Shown here piece by piece: positions 46,941 to 57,649 of a stretch of 64,000 nucleotides of DNA (position 1 is the stretch's first letter; the number at the start of each line of letters is the position of its first letter). Source of the DNA: an uncultured Nitrososphaerales archaeon (GTDB lineage Archaea; Thermoproteota; Nitrososphaeria; Nitrososphaerales; Nitrososphaeraceae). Position numbers and translations under genes: made by a program. The notes beneath the pieces were generated by a model that was not told the DNA's origin, ran no database searches, and worked only from the letters and a program-made list of their open reading frames with translations. The DNA is taken from the NCBI GenBank assembly GCA_963695855.1, contig CAVOHZ010000010.1:512001-576000 (forward strand). The letters run 5' to 3'.

Positions 46941-47699
46941 TCATACAATTCTTCTATCTTCTGACTCCTTTGCACGTTCTAATACAATGTCAATCATATT
47001 TTCATCAACACCGATATGATCTGAAATATGTAGTTCAAAAAAAGGATATTTCGCAAGCACTTCTTTTATCTCTTTTTTGACATCACTTTTTATATGTATT
47101 CCTTTATGTAGAAAATAGGGCATTACCAATATAACTTTAGGATTTGTTTTAATCAGTGATGAGAGTGCCTGTTCTATGTTTGGCAGGTCGAGTTCTAAGA
47201 AACAGAATTTTACATTCCGATAATTTTTTTTTATTTTATCTACCGTGAAAATGAAAGCTTCTCTGGCTCGTTTATCTGAACTTCCGTGTCCTATTACCAA
47301 AACATCGCAGTCAGGATTGTTATAGGAAATTTTTTTATCTTGTTTTAATTTCTCAATCTTATTGACAATGATAGAAGAGAGCCTATCAGAATAACTCAAG
47401 GGCTTGGTAATAACTAGCTTTAATCCCAACCTTTTACATATAATGGCACTTTGTTTTACAGATTCCTTCAGTTTCATGCCAGGATATAAAAAATAAGGCA
47501 TTATTGTGATAAAATCTACTTTTTGATCTACGCATCCTCTGATGCCCTCTTCAATAAAAGGTGGAACAACCTCTAAAAAACAATAATTTGTATAATTATA
47601 ATTCCCTTTCTCCTTTACAATTTTAGATATCTGATCTAACTCCAATCTTACTTCCCTTTCCTTGCTTCCCCTGTCAATTAATAAAAGAGCTTTACGCAC
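46941..47699 (-). CDS. cbiX: sirohydrochlorin cobaltochelatase (tandem CbiX domains)
   Basis: DRGS / GHGS, CFLE x2, PYFL x2, GIHIKSD. Confidence 0.9.
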   Translation of the reverse strand: MRKALLLIDRGSKEREVRLELDQISKIVKEKGNYNYTNYCFLEVVPPFIEEGIRGCVDQKVDFITIMPYFLYPGMKLKESVKQSAIICKRLGLKLVITKPLSYSDRLSSIIVNKIEKLKQDKKISYNNPDCDVLVIGHGSSDKRAREAFIFTVDKIKKNYRNVKFCFLELDLPNIEQALSSLIKTNPKVILVMPYFLHKGIHIKSDVKKEIKEVLAKYPFFELHISDHIGVDENMIDIVLERAKESEDRRIV

Positions 47700-47701
47700 T
47701 T

Positions 47702-48802
47702 TTACTCAAAACCCACTTTCGATATAGCTATAGTCAAATTAGGTGGAAATTTTTGCTTCGGTACTTCAAGCGTTCCATGAGAGTACAACAAAGATGAAGC
47801 CTCAGAAACACTTGCGACTCCTTCATATTTTTTTACTATCTCGGAAGGATTTGGAACATCAATCCTGGCCAGATCATCTTTAGAATAGAGATAAAGTGGA
47901 ATATTATTTCCTTCGCAGAACTCTCTCAATCCTTTAACTTCGACATTCTTTTTAATTGAGGTAATTGCTTTGATACAAGAAAAACTGAAGGAATTTTTTT
48001 GAAGTATAGATGATAGTCCTTCCATTATCTCATCTTTTGTTATATTCCAGTGAACCCCAACTCCAACCACAAGAGTTTTTGGTCTATATATTACTGATTT
48101 TGATAAGATATTAGTGTCTGAAATTATTTTGTCTGAAATAATCAGACATCCTTTGAAGGAATTGTCATGAATTGCCTCAAGACTATGTACAATGGTTACG
48201 TTTTCTGGAAGGTTATTCATATCCCACCAGTTTCTTTCTCCTGAATCCTGGAAAATCGCTATTTTCTCTTCATTTACCATTAATCCACAGGTTTTCGTTA
48301 CATTTTCAAAATTTTCTATATTCCATCCTAACTCTTTTCCGAGCAGATCTACAGATATTGTTTTATTGACATCTGCTGCAGTCGTTATAACAGGAGTGGA
48401 ATTTAGAATAGATGCTATATTTCGTGTCAGTGCATTTGCGCCTCCAAGATGACCTGATAGGGCACTTATTACGAAATTGGATTTATCATCTATCACAAGT
48501 ACCGCAGGATCACTTTTTTTATCCACCAATAAATTCGATATCAGACGTACAACAGCCCCTAGTGAAAAAATACATATCAATGCTTCATTGGATTTAAATA
48601 AATCTACAATTACTTTAGTTACAGGTTCCTTGAACCATATGATGCTGGTCTGATTATTATCAAGGCGAAATTTTTCAGGCGCATATATCGAAGCTTCAGG
48701 AATATTTTTTTTTATCAATTTAGAAATCGTAATACCGTTTTTTGTAATCGCAAGGACCGCAATTTTATCTCGCTTTTTCAATATGGTATGAATTGAATAC
48801 AT
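47702..48802 (-). CDS. cbiG: cobalt-precorrin-5A hydrolase
   Basis: GAVVR, DPAVLVID, SGHLGGAN, VITTA, SVSEA. Confidence 0.92.
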   Translation of the reverse strand: MYSIHTILKKRDKIAVLAITKNGITISKLIKKNIPEASIYAPEKFRLDNNQTSIIWFKEPVTKVIVDLFKSNEALICIFSLGAVVRLISNLLVDKKSDPAVLVIDDKSNFVISALSGHLGGANALTRNIASILNSTPVITTAADVNKTISVDLLGKELGWNIENFENVTKTCGLMVNEEKIAIFQDSGERNWWDMNNLPENVTIVHSLEAIHDNSFKGCLIISDKIISDTNILSKSVIYRPKTLVVGVGVHWNITKDEIMEGLSSILQKNSFSFSCIKAITSIKKNVEVKGLREFCEGNNIPLYLYSKDDLARIDVPNPSEIVKKYEGVASVSEASSLLYSHGTLEVPKQKFPPNLTIAISKVGFE

Positions 48803-48819
48803 TAGAATTATTTATTTGC

Positions 48820-49215
48820 TTTATTAATAGACGAAAGTATAGTTTCCTACATCCATCTCTGACCATAGCTAACGCCATCATTCCATTTATCAGGGTCACA
48901 TTTATGCATCTTTGCAGTCGAGTTTCTTAGATAGTAATTGATCATTCTACCGCTCAAATTCTTTCTTGCCTATATTATTGCTAGTTTGATTCCGTTAAAT
49001 GATATAAAATTGAAAATTCTTTTACTATCATAGGAGCCATCCATAATAGCAGTATCTATTATTACCCTGTTATTCTTTTTCGTAATATCATTTATCAGTT
49101 CTGCCAATACTTTTCCGTCATGTACTTGTTTATTAGTTACTTTTAACGATAGAATTCTCCTTCTTTTGATATCAACTACTACATGTATCTTTAAATATCG
49201 TCTCTCGACATTTCA
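48820..49215 (-). mobile_element. degraded IS5-family (IS903/ISH1-like) transposase fragment
   Basis: Own translation YLKIHVVVDIKRRRILSLKVT...VHDG...DGSYDS and SYGQRWM*ETILSSI; stops and frameshifts. Confidence 0.75.
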
Positions 49216-49785
49216 CTTGACGAATTCTTATAATATGTCTATAGTAGATTGGCTATTTGTGTTAGTAAGAGTGACCTGTGAAAGGTATTTAATAGCCAAT
49301 ATTTATTAGGATTTCGAGATCTATATCGATTATTATTAGAATTTTGAATTTTGTTGAAAATGATGAGATGACAAAAGAAAATTGTAAAAAATATTGTCCG
49401 GAACTTGGGTATTTTAACTTACTATTCACTTTGAATCCTTTGTAATAGTTATCTAGAGTGATTATATTTTCATCTGCTATTGAGTCGACTATTGGTGGAA
49501 TATCCAATAATACAAATCTCGTCATAAATATTCTAGAAAGGTAAGTGTTAACTTAGTCAATGAAATTCACCTAGAAGAATGTTTTTAAATAGTGCACTCT
49601 CGAATTTGCTATATCAGATACTAAACATAAAGACAGTAAAAATAATGAACAGACCCATGGCAATCAAATACGTATAAAATTTAGTCGTAAGATATGTCAT
49701 AATACTAACAAATTGTATTTATTAAACTATTACAACTTCTCAAATAACTTGTAAATAGGTATAAATAAAATGAGTATGTTGGCAC

Positions 49786-49798
49786 AAAGGTTTATAAA
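49786..49798 (+). promoter_or_regulatory. putative BRE/TATA promoter of the complex III operon
   Basis: AAAGG-TTTATAAA ending ~24 bp before ATG 49822, consistent with a leaderless transcript. Confidence 0.5.
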
Positions 49799-49821
49799 AT
49801 ATTTTTTCATCTGCTATATTA

Positions 49822-50433
49822 ATGTCTGGACAACCCGCATCAAGCGGTGATGGTAAGGTTTCTAGAAGAGATTTCTTGAAATTATTGGCTGCGGCGGGAA
49901 CTGTCGTGACGTTTACACCTTTTATTGATTGGGGTAAGTATCTGCCTAATCCCGCTGGTTCAGCAAATGAAAAAGGAAAGGTTGAGCTACCTGATGGTGA
50001 GCAAGCTAATGTAAAAACCTTTAAGGTAAACCATTCTGAAGCTATTATCTATCCAAAATCTGATGATCCAGCATTAAATGAAGAAGCTTTTAGGACATGG
50101 CAATTTATCCGCCTTCCATCTGAGTTGGGAGGAGATAAAAATGACGCGTCTGCATTTAGGGTCTATAGTATGGTTTGTTTACATTTGTGGTGTTTATGGA
50201 AATACTGGCCAGGTGAAGGAAGAAAAAGAGGAGAATGTCCCTGTCACGGAAGCTTATATGATCCCTTAACTGGAAAGGCATTCGCAGGTCCCGCTTCTTT
50301 ACAGTCTCCTCCTTCAAACGTACTTCCAAAGTTAGATGTGGAAGTAGACAAAGACGGCAATGTTTGGATTCTTCCTCCTAATTGGAGTGTTAATGGCAAT
50401 GGGGTAGTGGGATTTGGACGCTTCATTACATAA
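49822..50433 (+). CDS. petC: Rieske Fe-S protein with Tat signal
   Basis: SRRDFLK, CLHLWC, CPCHGS. Confidence 0.93.
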   Translation: MSGQPASSGDGKVSRRDFLKLLAAAGTVVTFTPFIDWGKYLPNPAGSANEKGKVELPDGEQANVKTFKVNHSEAIIYPKSDDPALNEEAFRTWQFIRLPSELGGDKNDASAFRVYSMVCLHLWCLWKYWPGEGRKRGECPCHGSLYDPLTGKAFAGPASLQSPPSNVLPKLDVEVDKDGNVWILPPNWSVNGNGVVGFGRFIT

Positions 50434-51955
50434 CGAAAATAGTCTTGTTAGACTATTCAGGTGGATTTATGGTGGATTAGACAGAACAATATTTATGGGA
50501 ATGAAATTTACTTTTCCAACTCGATTTGTGAGTCCACTTGGTTTCCTTGGTATGCTTACTTTTATTCTTTTTATTATATTGGGTATTACTGGTGCATTGC
50601 TGATGCTATGGTATGAACCCATTCTGGATAGGGCGTGGAATAGTGTTGAAAATATCAATGATACAATTCCATATGGCTTTCATATTAGAAATATTCACTA
50701 TCATGCTTCTAATGCAATGGTAATGATGGCTATTCTTCATATGTACTATCAATACTTTAGTGGAAGATATAAGATTAGAAACGAAATTTTATGGGTAACA
50801 GGTATTCTCATTGGTGTTCTTACTATTCTCGAAGCATTTACAGGCTACGATATAATTTTTAGCGAAAGAGCGGAACTTGCTATTTCAATTGCTGCATCTT
50901 TGACTAATTCTATCCCCATTCTTGGTCCTGACATGCGGGCTGCATTTTTTGGAGCTGGTTTTCATGATTTTATATTGCGTTTTTATGCGTTCCATGTATT
51001 TTTTCTGCCTATTGTGTTGATCGGGCTTATGGCTATTCATTTCCCTCGTTTTATGGTCTTTGATGTTCCAATGGTGATGGCCATAGCTGGTGCGGTAATG
51101 ATAACGGGCGGTGTATTTCCTGTTGACATGGGGTTAAAGTTCGACCCTAATGTCCCGCCAGGAATTACCGTTCCAGAGTGGTATCTAACTGGTCTATATG
51201 CATTTCTAAGGTCACAATATGATAAATTCGTTACTGGTGTTGCTTGGCCAGGGTTGTTTATATTTACTCTATTGATAATACCTTTTATTGATAGGTACAA
51301 AAAATTTTCATGGAAAGATAGACCTATTATTACAGCAATAGGTATAACAAGTATTGCTCAAATAGTTGTTACTACTTATTGGGGATTTTACATCGATCCG
51401 GACAGAACAAAGTCTCTTCTTGAAAGATTGGTTATCGATCCTATATTTCTTTATAGTGTAATGATCGCTTTGGTTCCTCTCTCTTTTGGATTTACATATT
51501 TGATGATAAAGTTGGTAAAAAATGCTGAAGCCAATGCTAAAAAGCAACCAAAGAAAGAAGAGGGAACAATAACCCTGCCGGAAAAATGGATCTATTATGT
51601 ATTCGTTGCACTCATTGGTTTCCAAATTTATCTTAATATTGCAGCATATTACGCTGTCCTAAATGGTATGAAAAATATCTCACTGTTTATAATAGGCATT
51701 ATCATGTTGGTCTTCGCAGGAATGTACCATATATATAGACATGGTAGATCAAATGCTGACAATCCTCCTCCTCCTACTATTCCTATTAGACACAAAATAA
51801 AATCAGATGAACAAAAATCTTTAGAGGATAGTTCAATTCCAAAAGACCAATTATCATATGAAAATCAGACTAAAAGTAAGGGGTTACTAAACACGTTATT
51901 GGGTAAAGGAAAGAAAACTCGTAGCAGTTTTGAAAAGATGTGGAATCAAGAATAA
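50414..51955 (+). CDS. petB: cytochrome b of complex III
   Basis: RNIHYH, ILH, AFHVF, AIH, PEWY; many TM helices. Confidence 0.95.
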   Translation: MDASLHNENSLVRLFRWIYGGLDRTIFMGMKFTFPTRFVSPLGFLGMLTFILFIILGITGALLMLWYEPILDRAWNSVENINDTIPYGFHIRNIHYHASNAMVMMAILHMYYQYFSGRYKIRNEILWVTGILIGVLTILEAFTGYDIIFSERAELAISIAASLTNSIPILGPDMRAAFFGAGFHDFILRFYAFHVFFLPIVLIGLMAIHFPRFMVFDVPMVMAIAGAVMITGGVFPVDMGLKFDPNVPPGITVPEWYLTGLYAFLRSQYDKFVTGVAWPGLFIFTLLIIPFIDRYKKFSWKDRPIITAIGITSIAQIVVTTYWGFYIDPDRTKSLLERLVIDPIFLYSVMIALVPLSFGFTYLMIKLVKNAEANAKKQPKKEEGTITLPEKWIYYVFVALIGFQIYLNIAAYYAVLNGMKNISLFIIGIIMLVFAGMYHIYRHGRSNADNPPPPTIPIRHKIKSDEQKSLEDSSIPKDQLSYENQTKSKGLLNTLLGKGKKTRSSFEKMWNQE

Positions 51956-52064
51956 TAACTATGGTATATTAAATGTCATTTTTTTCACTACCGAATAAAG
52001 CAAATATTAAAATTTAAATTATGTTTTATTATTAGCTTAGGTATAACAAATAGGCGCTAAAAAA

Positions 52065-52538
52065 ATGGAAAGAGTACAACAAACAAATGTAGGCGGATTA
52101 GCTATTATCTTCTTTATTGTTGCTGTTACAATTAGTATTGCCTTTTATCAATTCATTTATCTAAGTGAATTAAATGCAAAGCCACAAGTTTCAGAAGAAA
52201 TTTCAAATCCTCCTCAATCAGCTGCAATATCTATAACTGAAGGATCGGCATTGCCAAGTAATCCTAAATTTTTCGATCCAAAAGACGCAAGAGCTACTCT
52301 AGAAGTTGACAACAAAGTTGTCTGGACAAATCATGATACTACTGCTCATACTGTCACTACAGACAATGATTATGAGGATAAATTATCTGGAAAATTTGAT
52401 TCAATGGAAACAATAGGTTTGGTGCCACCTGGCGGAACTTTTGACTTCGTATTTACTGAAGACGGTGAATTTCCATATCATTGTGAACCACATCCCTGGA
52501 TGACTGGCATGGTAACAGTTGTAAAGAACTATTCCTAA
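52065..52538 (+). CDS. membrane-anchored plastocyanin-like cupredoxin
   Basis: WTNHD..AHTVT, YHCEPHPWM. Confidence 0.92.
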   Translation: MERVQQTNVGGLAIIFFIVAVTISIAFYQFIYLSELNAKPQVSEEISNPPQSAAISITEGSALPSNPKFFDPKDARATLEVDNKVVWTNHDTTAHTVTTDNDYEDKLSGKFDSMETIGLVPPGGTFDFVFTEDGEFPYHCEPHPWMTGMVTVVKNYS

Positions 52539-52539
52539 C

Positions 52540-52923
52540 CTATACCGTCTTTTCTTTTTTTATATCTCGAAAAAATATATAATTTGCAATTTCTTTATGT
52601 TCCTGAATAATTGATGTTCTGAATTTTACTCTAGTAAAACCAGATAATGTGGAAGGGATATGTTTGGTTATTGCTGTAAATTCTATGGTATTTCTATCTC
52701 CTATTTCTTTTCTAAAAATTGAAAGTCTAGCATATGGATGATTAATTTTTTTTCCATTGAGTTCGATGTAATTAAAAATGTCATTTGAATTTTCAATTTG
52801 CGAATTTATTACAACTGTATCAAATCTGCCATCATAATTCAATTCGATCTTTCCATGAATCTCCTCATTTGGATAAATAATCTGCTCAAATATCTGTAGT
52901 TTTATATCACTCTTCTGATCCAT
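52540..52923 (-). CDS. hypothetical beta-sandwich-like protein
   Basis: 127-aa ORF with alternating beta-strand patterns. Confidence 0.65.
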   Translation of the reverse strand: MDQKSDIKLQIFEQIIYPNEEIHGKIELNYDGRFDTVVINSQIENSNDIFNYIELNGKKINHPYARLSIFRKEIGDRNTIEFTAITKHIPSTLSGFTRVKFRTSIIQEHKEIANYIFFRDIKKEKTV

Positions 52924-53028
52924 ATAGTGATTCCATAGATCTGATTTTATTAATCTTAATTACTTATGCTTTTATAAAATAATTGATAATCTTTAAATTT
53001 GCAAGTTTCAGATAGTCTGTAATGAATT

Positions 53029-53120
53029 GGGCTCGTAGCTCAGCATGGATAGAGCGCCTGCCTTCTAATTTGTACAAAGAAGATAGCCGGAAGTCGAGGG
53101 ATCGAAGCCCTCCGGGCCCG
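53029..53120 (+). tRNA. tRNA-Arg(TCT) with 17-nt intron (53068-53084)
   Basis: GGGCTCG/CGGGCCC acceptor; CT-TCT-A loop; BHB helix CTTC/GAAG; T arm GAGGG-ATCGAAG-CCCTC. Confidence 0.93.
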
Positions 53121-53219
53121 TTAATCATTTTCGAACATCTATTCTTGATTGGTAACAAATATGTATAATTTAGAACGATAATTTGCCTCGGTGTGCAAAA
53201 ACTTTTGATAAATTTAATT

Positions 53220-53420
53220 TTATTTTGGAGTTGATGTTAAAAATTCTCCGATTAACTTTATAACAAATCCTAGAGCTCCTATTACACCCATTCCTAAAAG
53301 AATGAATCGCATGTGAGTAGAATAGTCGTCTTTTGATGTTTTTTTTGCTAGCAATAATGTTTGATACATATCTAAAATTTTACGTTCCAACATTGAAAAA
53401 ATTTGAGTTATACTTAACAA
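53220..53420 (-). CDS. secE: protein translocase SecE/Sec61-gamma
   Basis: LLLAKKT..DDY followed by TM LGMGVIGALGFVIKL. Confidence 0.85.
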   Translation of the reverse strand: MLSITQIFSMLERKILDMYQTLLLAKKTSKDDYSTHMRFILLGMGVIGALGFVIKLIGEFLTSTPK

Positions 53421-53498
53421 TACCTTCCTATCTAAGTTTTAGCTTTATTTGAATTTAACTACTTGTTACTATTTTATAATCGATAAAACCATTTTCAA

Positions 53499-53960
53499 TT
53501 AATGTGATTGCTTTGAATAGTCTGCATCTTTTTCTGTTCTTTGCATTTCTACAAAAGTTTCAGTATTCTGGATCCCGTCAATTTTGCCAATTCTCTCTAT
53601 CACCACATTATGCAGCTCTTCTAATGTACTGGCATTAACATTTACAATCATATCAAACCTGCCTGTCACCTCTGAAAGGGATCTTACTTCTGGAATTTGA
53701 AGTAATTCTTGGTGAATTGGTTCTTTTCTTTTAGGATCACGATTTATTCCAACAGTAGCTTTAATATTTAGACCTAGCATGTTTTCATTTACAATAATCG
53801 TAAATTTCTTGATCAAGCTTCTTTTGGATAAACGTTTAATTCTGCTGTAAAGTACCGAGGAATTGATGTTTAATTTCTTACTAAGCTGCGGTACCGAAAT
53901 ACTTGCATCTTTAGTAAGCTCTGTCAATATTTTCATATCAAGCTCGTCAAACCGTTGCAA
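53499..53960 (-). CDS. Lrp/AsnC family regulator
   Basis: DELDMKIL, HTH, VTGRFD, IQNTET. Confidence 0.93.
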   Translation of the reverse strand: MQRFDELDMKILTELTKDASISVPQLSKKLNINSSVLYSRIKRLSKRSLIKKFTIIVNENMLGLNIKATVGINRDPKRKEPIHQELLQIPEVRSLSEVTGRFDMIVNVNASTLEELHNVVIERIGKIDGIQNTETFVEMQRTEKDADYSKQSH

Positions 53961-54319
53961 ATTGCATCCGCAATACGTTACAAATCTACATTAATAAATG
54001 TAATTATATTTTTAGCAATTATTTATAATTTTTTTATATATTTTTTTGTTTTTTCAAATGTGTAATTAATAAAATGAAATAATTGATATTTTTTCTATTA
54101 AGTTTATGGTACAGTAAATAATGCTATAATAATTAAAGATAATATAATATTGTCCCGCTAACTCACCATCCTTATTAGATCTATTGCGTAATTAGACACA
54201 GATCAGCATATTCGAAGAATTGAAACAATTTTTGAAAATTTATGAATTTAGTAGTTTTATCTTCTTTATTCTTTGGTTTAGTCATGTAATATTTTACATG
54301 GTTACTAATTACTCATAGA

Positions 54320-54945
54320 TATATTATCTCTTGTTGTGCGATTATAAATGTAAACAAAAAATAGTATCCAGTTATGTATATCTAATAAATCGCGATCTTC
54401 TTATTCCAATTATCTGCTTTTCACACATGGATAATATTCATCAAAATTTTCTATTCTATCTTTGAAACATTGATCGACCTTTTCCATCATACTTTTCTCA
54501 ATGAATACAAATAGTGTTTCATTCCAATTATCCTTCATGCTTCATAACATCATGTACCCCCACTCAGTATATTCGCTACGTCTACTATACTTTGATTCAA
54601 GAGATCGAACAAAATGCTCCGACCAACATGTTTTGCTGTCCAGAGATGTGGCTTCCAAACACAGAACTATAAACTCGTCTTAGACAGAACCATAACCAGA
54701 AATATTCACCACACATCTGAATGACAGCTTCAACTGCAATGAAGGTTGTTATTCTTCCTTTCTTTTATGTCTACTTGACGCAACCTTGATATCCAATTTC
54801 ACAGAGAAGTATCTTCTTTGTTTATCATAGGATTAATGCTTTAGACGTATACCTAAACTTAAACCAAGAAAATATAGATATATTACATTATAATAATAGT
54901 GAATGTTCTACTTCTTTCAAATCTAATTTTCTTGTTATACATAAA
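54320..54945 (-). mobile_element. heavily degraded IS6-family transposase relic
   Basis: Broken frames give YLYFLGLSL, FWLWFC, HFVRSL, EKSMMEKVDQCFKDRIENFDEYYPC, HNWILFF. Confidence 0.65.
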
Positions 54946-55026
54946 TAGAACGTTGTTAGATATTGCTTTTACTGCTTAAATAAAAATCAGTAAATAATAT
55001 ATAATTTAATTCTTAACTTCCAACAA

Positions 55027-55530
55027 ATGTTTGGAATGGGGAGGATTAAACCTGGTGATTATGTTTTTACAGTTAGAAAAGAAACCGATTCTAATATAAT
55101 AATTATTGGAAGAGTTCAATCTGCAAGTAAAAAAATCTTAAGTGTCATAGGATCTTCTATAAAACCAAGTGGACTTCTAAAACGCAAATTACAAGGGAAA
55201 ATAGGGAAACGATCGAATGAGGTTCTAAACGATCCTGACCCTAATAATTGTATTTTTATTTTAATAGACAGAATTGAATCAGAGAATTTTTCTGGTCAAG
55301 TAAATCAAGAAACTGATAAGGTAACATGGATAAATGAGAGCCGATATTTTATTTTGGATGGTTGGATTAAGGAAAACTTGTCAGACATGTTTGCCAATGT
55401 AATCCACTCGTACTCTGAGGAAGAACGCGATCATTCCAGATCAGTGCTGATAGAAAAAATGAATTCGCTATACGATAAAGATTTAAAGGATCATGTATAT
55501 GCCGTTGTGAGAAGCGCTAGGATTTTATAA
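55027..55530 (+). CDS. hypothetical protein
   Basis: 167-aa ORF upstream of rpl12. Confidence 0.7.
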   Translation: MFGMGRIKPGDYVFTVRKETDSNIIIIGRVQSASKKILSVIGSSIKPSGLLKRKLQGKIGKRSNEVLNDPDPNNCIFILIDRIESENFSGQVNQETDKVTWINESRYFILDGWIKENLSDMFANVIHSYSEEERDHSRSVLIEKMNSLYDKDLKDHVYAVVRSARIL

Positions 55531-55582
55531 TAATTTGAAAGTTTTATATTATGGTTAATCGATTATCCGATTTTGATAATTG

Positions 55583-55888
55583 ATGGAATACGTTTATGCG
55601 GCATTGTTATTACATAAATTGAAGCAGGACCTTACTGAAGATAATATTACTAATGTAATTAAGGCTACAGGTACTAATCCTGATTCAGTTAGGATAAAGG
55701 CACTCGTTGCAGCATTAAGTGATGTAAATATCGAAGAAGCATTAAAGGCAGCTCCAATGGCTGTTGCGCCAGTTGCAACATCTGGTGGACCTGCTCCAGA
55801 GGCAAAAACTGACGTCCACGAAGAAGAAAAGAAAGAAGAAAAGAAAGAAGAAGAAGCTCTAGAAGGATTATCTTCGTTATTCGGATAA
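55583..55888 (+). CDS. rpl12: 50S ribosomal stalk protein P1/L12
   Basis: MEYVYAALLLH...EEEALEGLSSLFG. Confidence 0.96.
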   Translation: MEYVYAALLLHKLKQDLTEDNITNVIKATGTNPDSVRIKALVAALSDVNIEEALKAAPMAVAPVATSGGPAPEAKTDVHEEEKKEEKKEEEALEGLSSLFG

Positions 55889-55966
55889 TCTGTCTTATTG
55901 CCAATTTAAATTCAATTTTTCAATTGCCGAAAGTTCAAATACGGATTATTTCAGAATCTTTTTGCA

Positions 55967-56104
55967 ATGGTAACTAATAGATGTAAATGTGGAAGATTAT
56001 TAAAAACATATGGATATTGTACTCCATTTGGTTGTAAAGAACAATTTCTGTGCGAGCTTTGTTCTCTCGAAGAACATGATTGTAAATGCGATGTGCTGAA
56101 TTAG
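55967..56104 (+). CDS. 45-aa Cys-rich micro-protein
   Basis: Own translation MVTNRCKCGRLLKTYGYCTPFGCKEQFLCELCSLEEHDCKCDVLN (8 Cys, 1 His). Confidence 0.65.
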   Translation: MVTNRCKCGRLLKTYGYCTPFGCKEQFLCELCSLEEHDCKCDVLN

Positions 56105-56176
56105 AAGTTTTGTTTTATCAATTTTATTTATAAAGTTTTATTTATGAGGAAAAAATTAATAGGTCGTGGTTCTTTG

Positions 56177-57208
56177 TTAATGAATCTCAACATTTTGTGG
56201 TAAAATAAATTGTATTAAAATGCTCATTATATATAAAAAGAGTAACATAAATCCAAATTTTAAACCGATTTGTCTACGGAACATAGGTATGACTGCAATT
56301 ATGGTCACAAATGTAGCTAATATTATCTGATAGAACAATATTTCAGTGATCTCTATCTTCTCGTAGAATCCAAACTGAAACATCGCTGCAAAAACGGCTA
56401 CCGCTAATAGCAAGCTATTGTTTAGAATCTTAGAACCCAATACATTGGCAATAGCTATAGATGCACCAGCAGCTCCTTTTCTAGCAAGAATCATCATAGA
56501 TATTTTTTCAGGCATTTCTCCTGCTATAGGACTAAGGATGACGGCCAATACTATCGCAGAAATACCTACATCGACTGAGAATCCTTGCATTGAACGGATA
56601 AAAGGTTCTGCTCCAATGACTATTCCCAGTGCACCCGCAAGAAAAACTCCTATGGCAATAACCATTTTCTTATTATCTTTTGCTGGGTTATTTTTGTTTA
56701 CAATTTCTTTAGAATTATCTTTCAAAGCCTTCTCTTTCATTTCCAATTTCATTTCATATAATGCTATGAATATATAAGCGATAAATATCCCGATAAAGAT
56801 TATTCCGTCAACATAATCATAACCATCTAAAAATAGAATTAGACTTATAACTGCACTAGCGAGTAAGAATATTTTGTCGTTTTTAAAAGTACTCACATCT
56901 ATCATCTTTAATGGGGCTTTTGATAATCGAGTAGTAGAAATAATGAGCATTATTGCTAATCCAAGAGTCATCATCATAATATTGCTTCCTAATCCAGACC
57001 CAATTGCTATTCCATAAGCACCACTCGCTGCAGCATAAATCACTATTGCAATTTCAGGTAAAGTTGTAGCTATACTCAGGAGGACCCTTCCAACAAATTT
57101 CGCTCCATATCTTTCTGATAAATGTTCGGCTCCATATGATAGCAACCAACTAGAAAAAGTTAATTCGCCGAGCCAAATTATCATTCCCAGAAGATTATTT
57201 TCAGCCAA
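56177..57208 (-). CDS. sodium/calcium exchanger (CaCA) family antiporter
   Basis: Alpha repeats ATTLPE...GSN and AGEMPE...GSK; about 10 TM helices. Confidence 0.9.
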   Translation of the reverse strand: MAENNLLGMIIWLGELTFSSWLLSYGAEHLSERYGAKFVGRVLLSIATTLPEIAIVIYAAASGAYGIAIGSGLGSNIMMMTLGLAIMLIISTTRLSKAPLKMIDVSTFKNDKIFLLASAVISLILFLDGYDYVDGIIFIGIFIAYIFIALYEMKLEMKEKALKDNSKEIVNKNNPAKDNKKMVIAIGVFLAGALGIVIGAEPFIRSMQGFSVDVGISAIVLAVILSPIAGEMPEKISMMILARKGAAGASIAIANVLGSKILNNSLLLAVAVFAAMFQFGFYEKIEITEILFYQIILATFVTIIAVIPMFRRQIGLKFGFMLLFLYIMSILIQFILPQNVEIH

Positions 57209-57295
57209 TTTTCAACACAAAAAATCTATACTTTTCCGAATATGCAAACTAGTTGTCCTCTTACTATCAATCCTTAACCGGATCAAAATTTTAAT

Positions 57296-57481
57296 CTATT
57301 TGAAAAGTGAAATATTTAGTATCAAATAATTCATAGTTTCTAACTTTATTCCCAATTCATCTGCGACTAGTATGAATTTTGCTGGATGTGGACTAGTTAA
57401 AATAACCATGAAAACTGGAACTGAAGCACAAGTAATTATGGTCAGTATTATCAACCATAGAGCAGTCATTTTTTCAACCAT
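57296..57481 (-). CDS. small membrane protein
   Basis: 61 aa with a hydrophobic N-terminal half. Confidence 0.4.
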   Translation of the reverse strand: MVEKMTALWLIILTIITCASVPVFMVILTSPHPAKFILVADELGIKLETMNYLILNISLFK

Positions 57482-57649
57482 TTATACAAAGTGAATTCAC
57501 TTGTAGGTATATAAATTTTATACAATATTTCATATTCTAAATGGACCAAGAATAAATCATTGATCTAGAATTCGATGAAAAAATCGATCACGCGGATATT
57601 TTCCTAAAGGATTTTAAGTAACTACTTATCCAATCTTTGTGTATTTAAG

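Noticed and set aside
46885-46975. Programmed cbiX-cbiC frameshift fusion
   Set aside because: The overlap disappears if ATG 46885 is the start; no obvious slippery site.
49822-52538. Cupredoxin in place of cytochrome c1 as a novelty
   Set aside because: Established feature of complex III in ammonia-oxidising archaea.
52964-53158. 64-aa ORF
   Set aside because: Antisense to tRNA-Arg.
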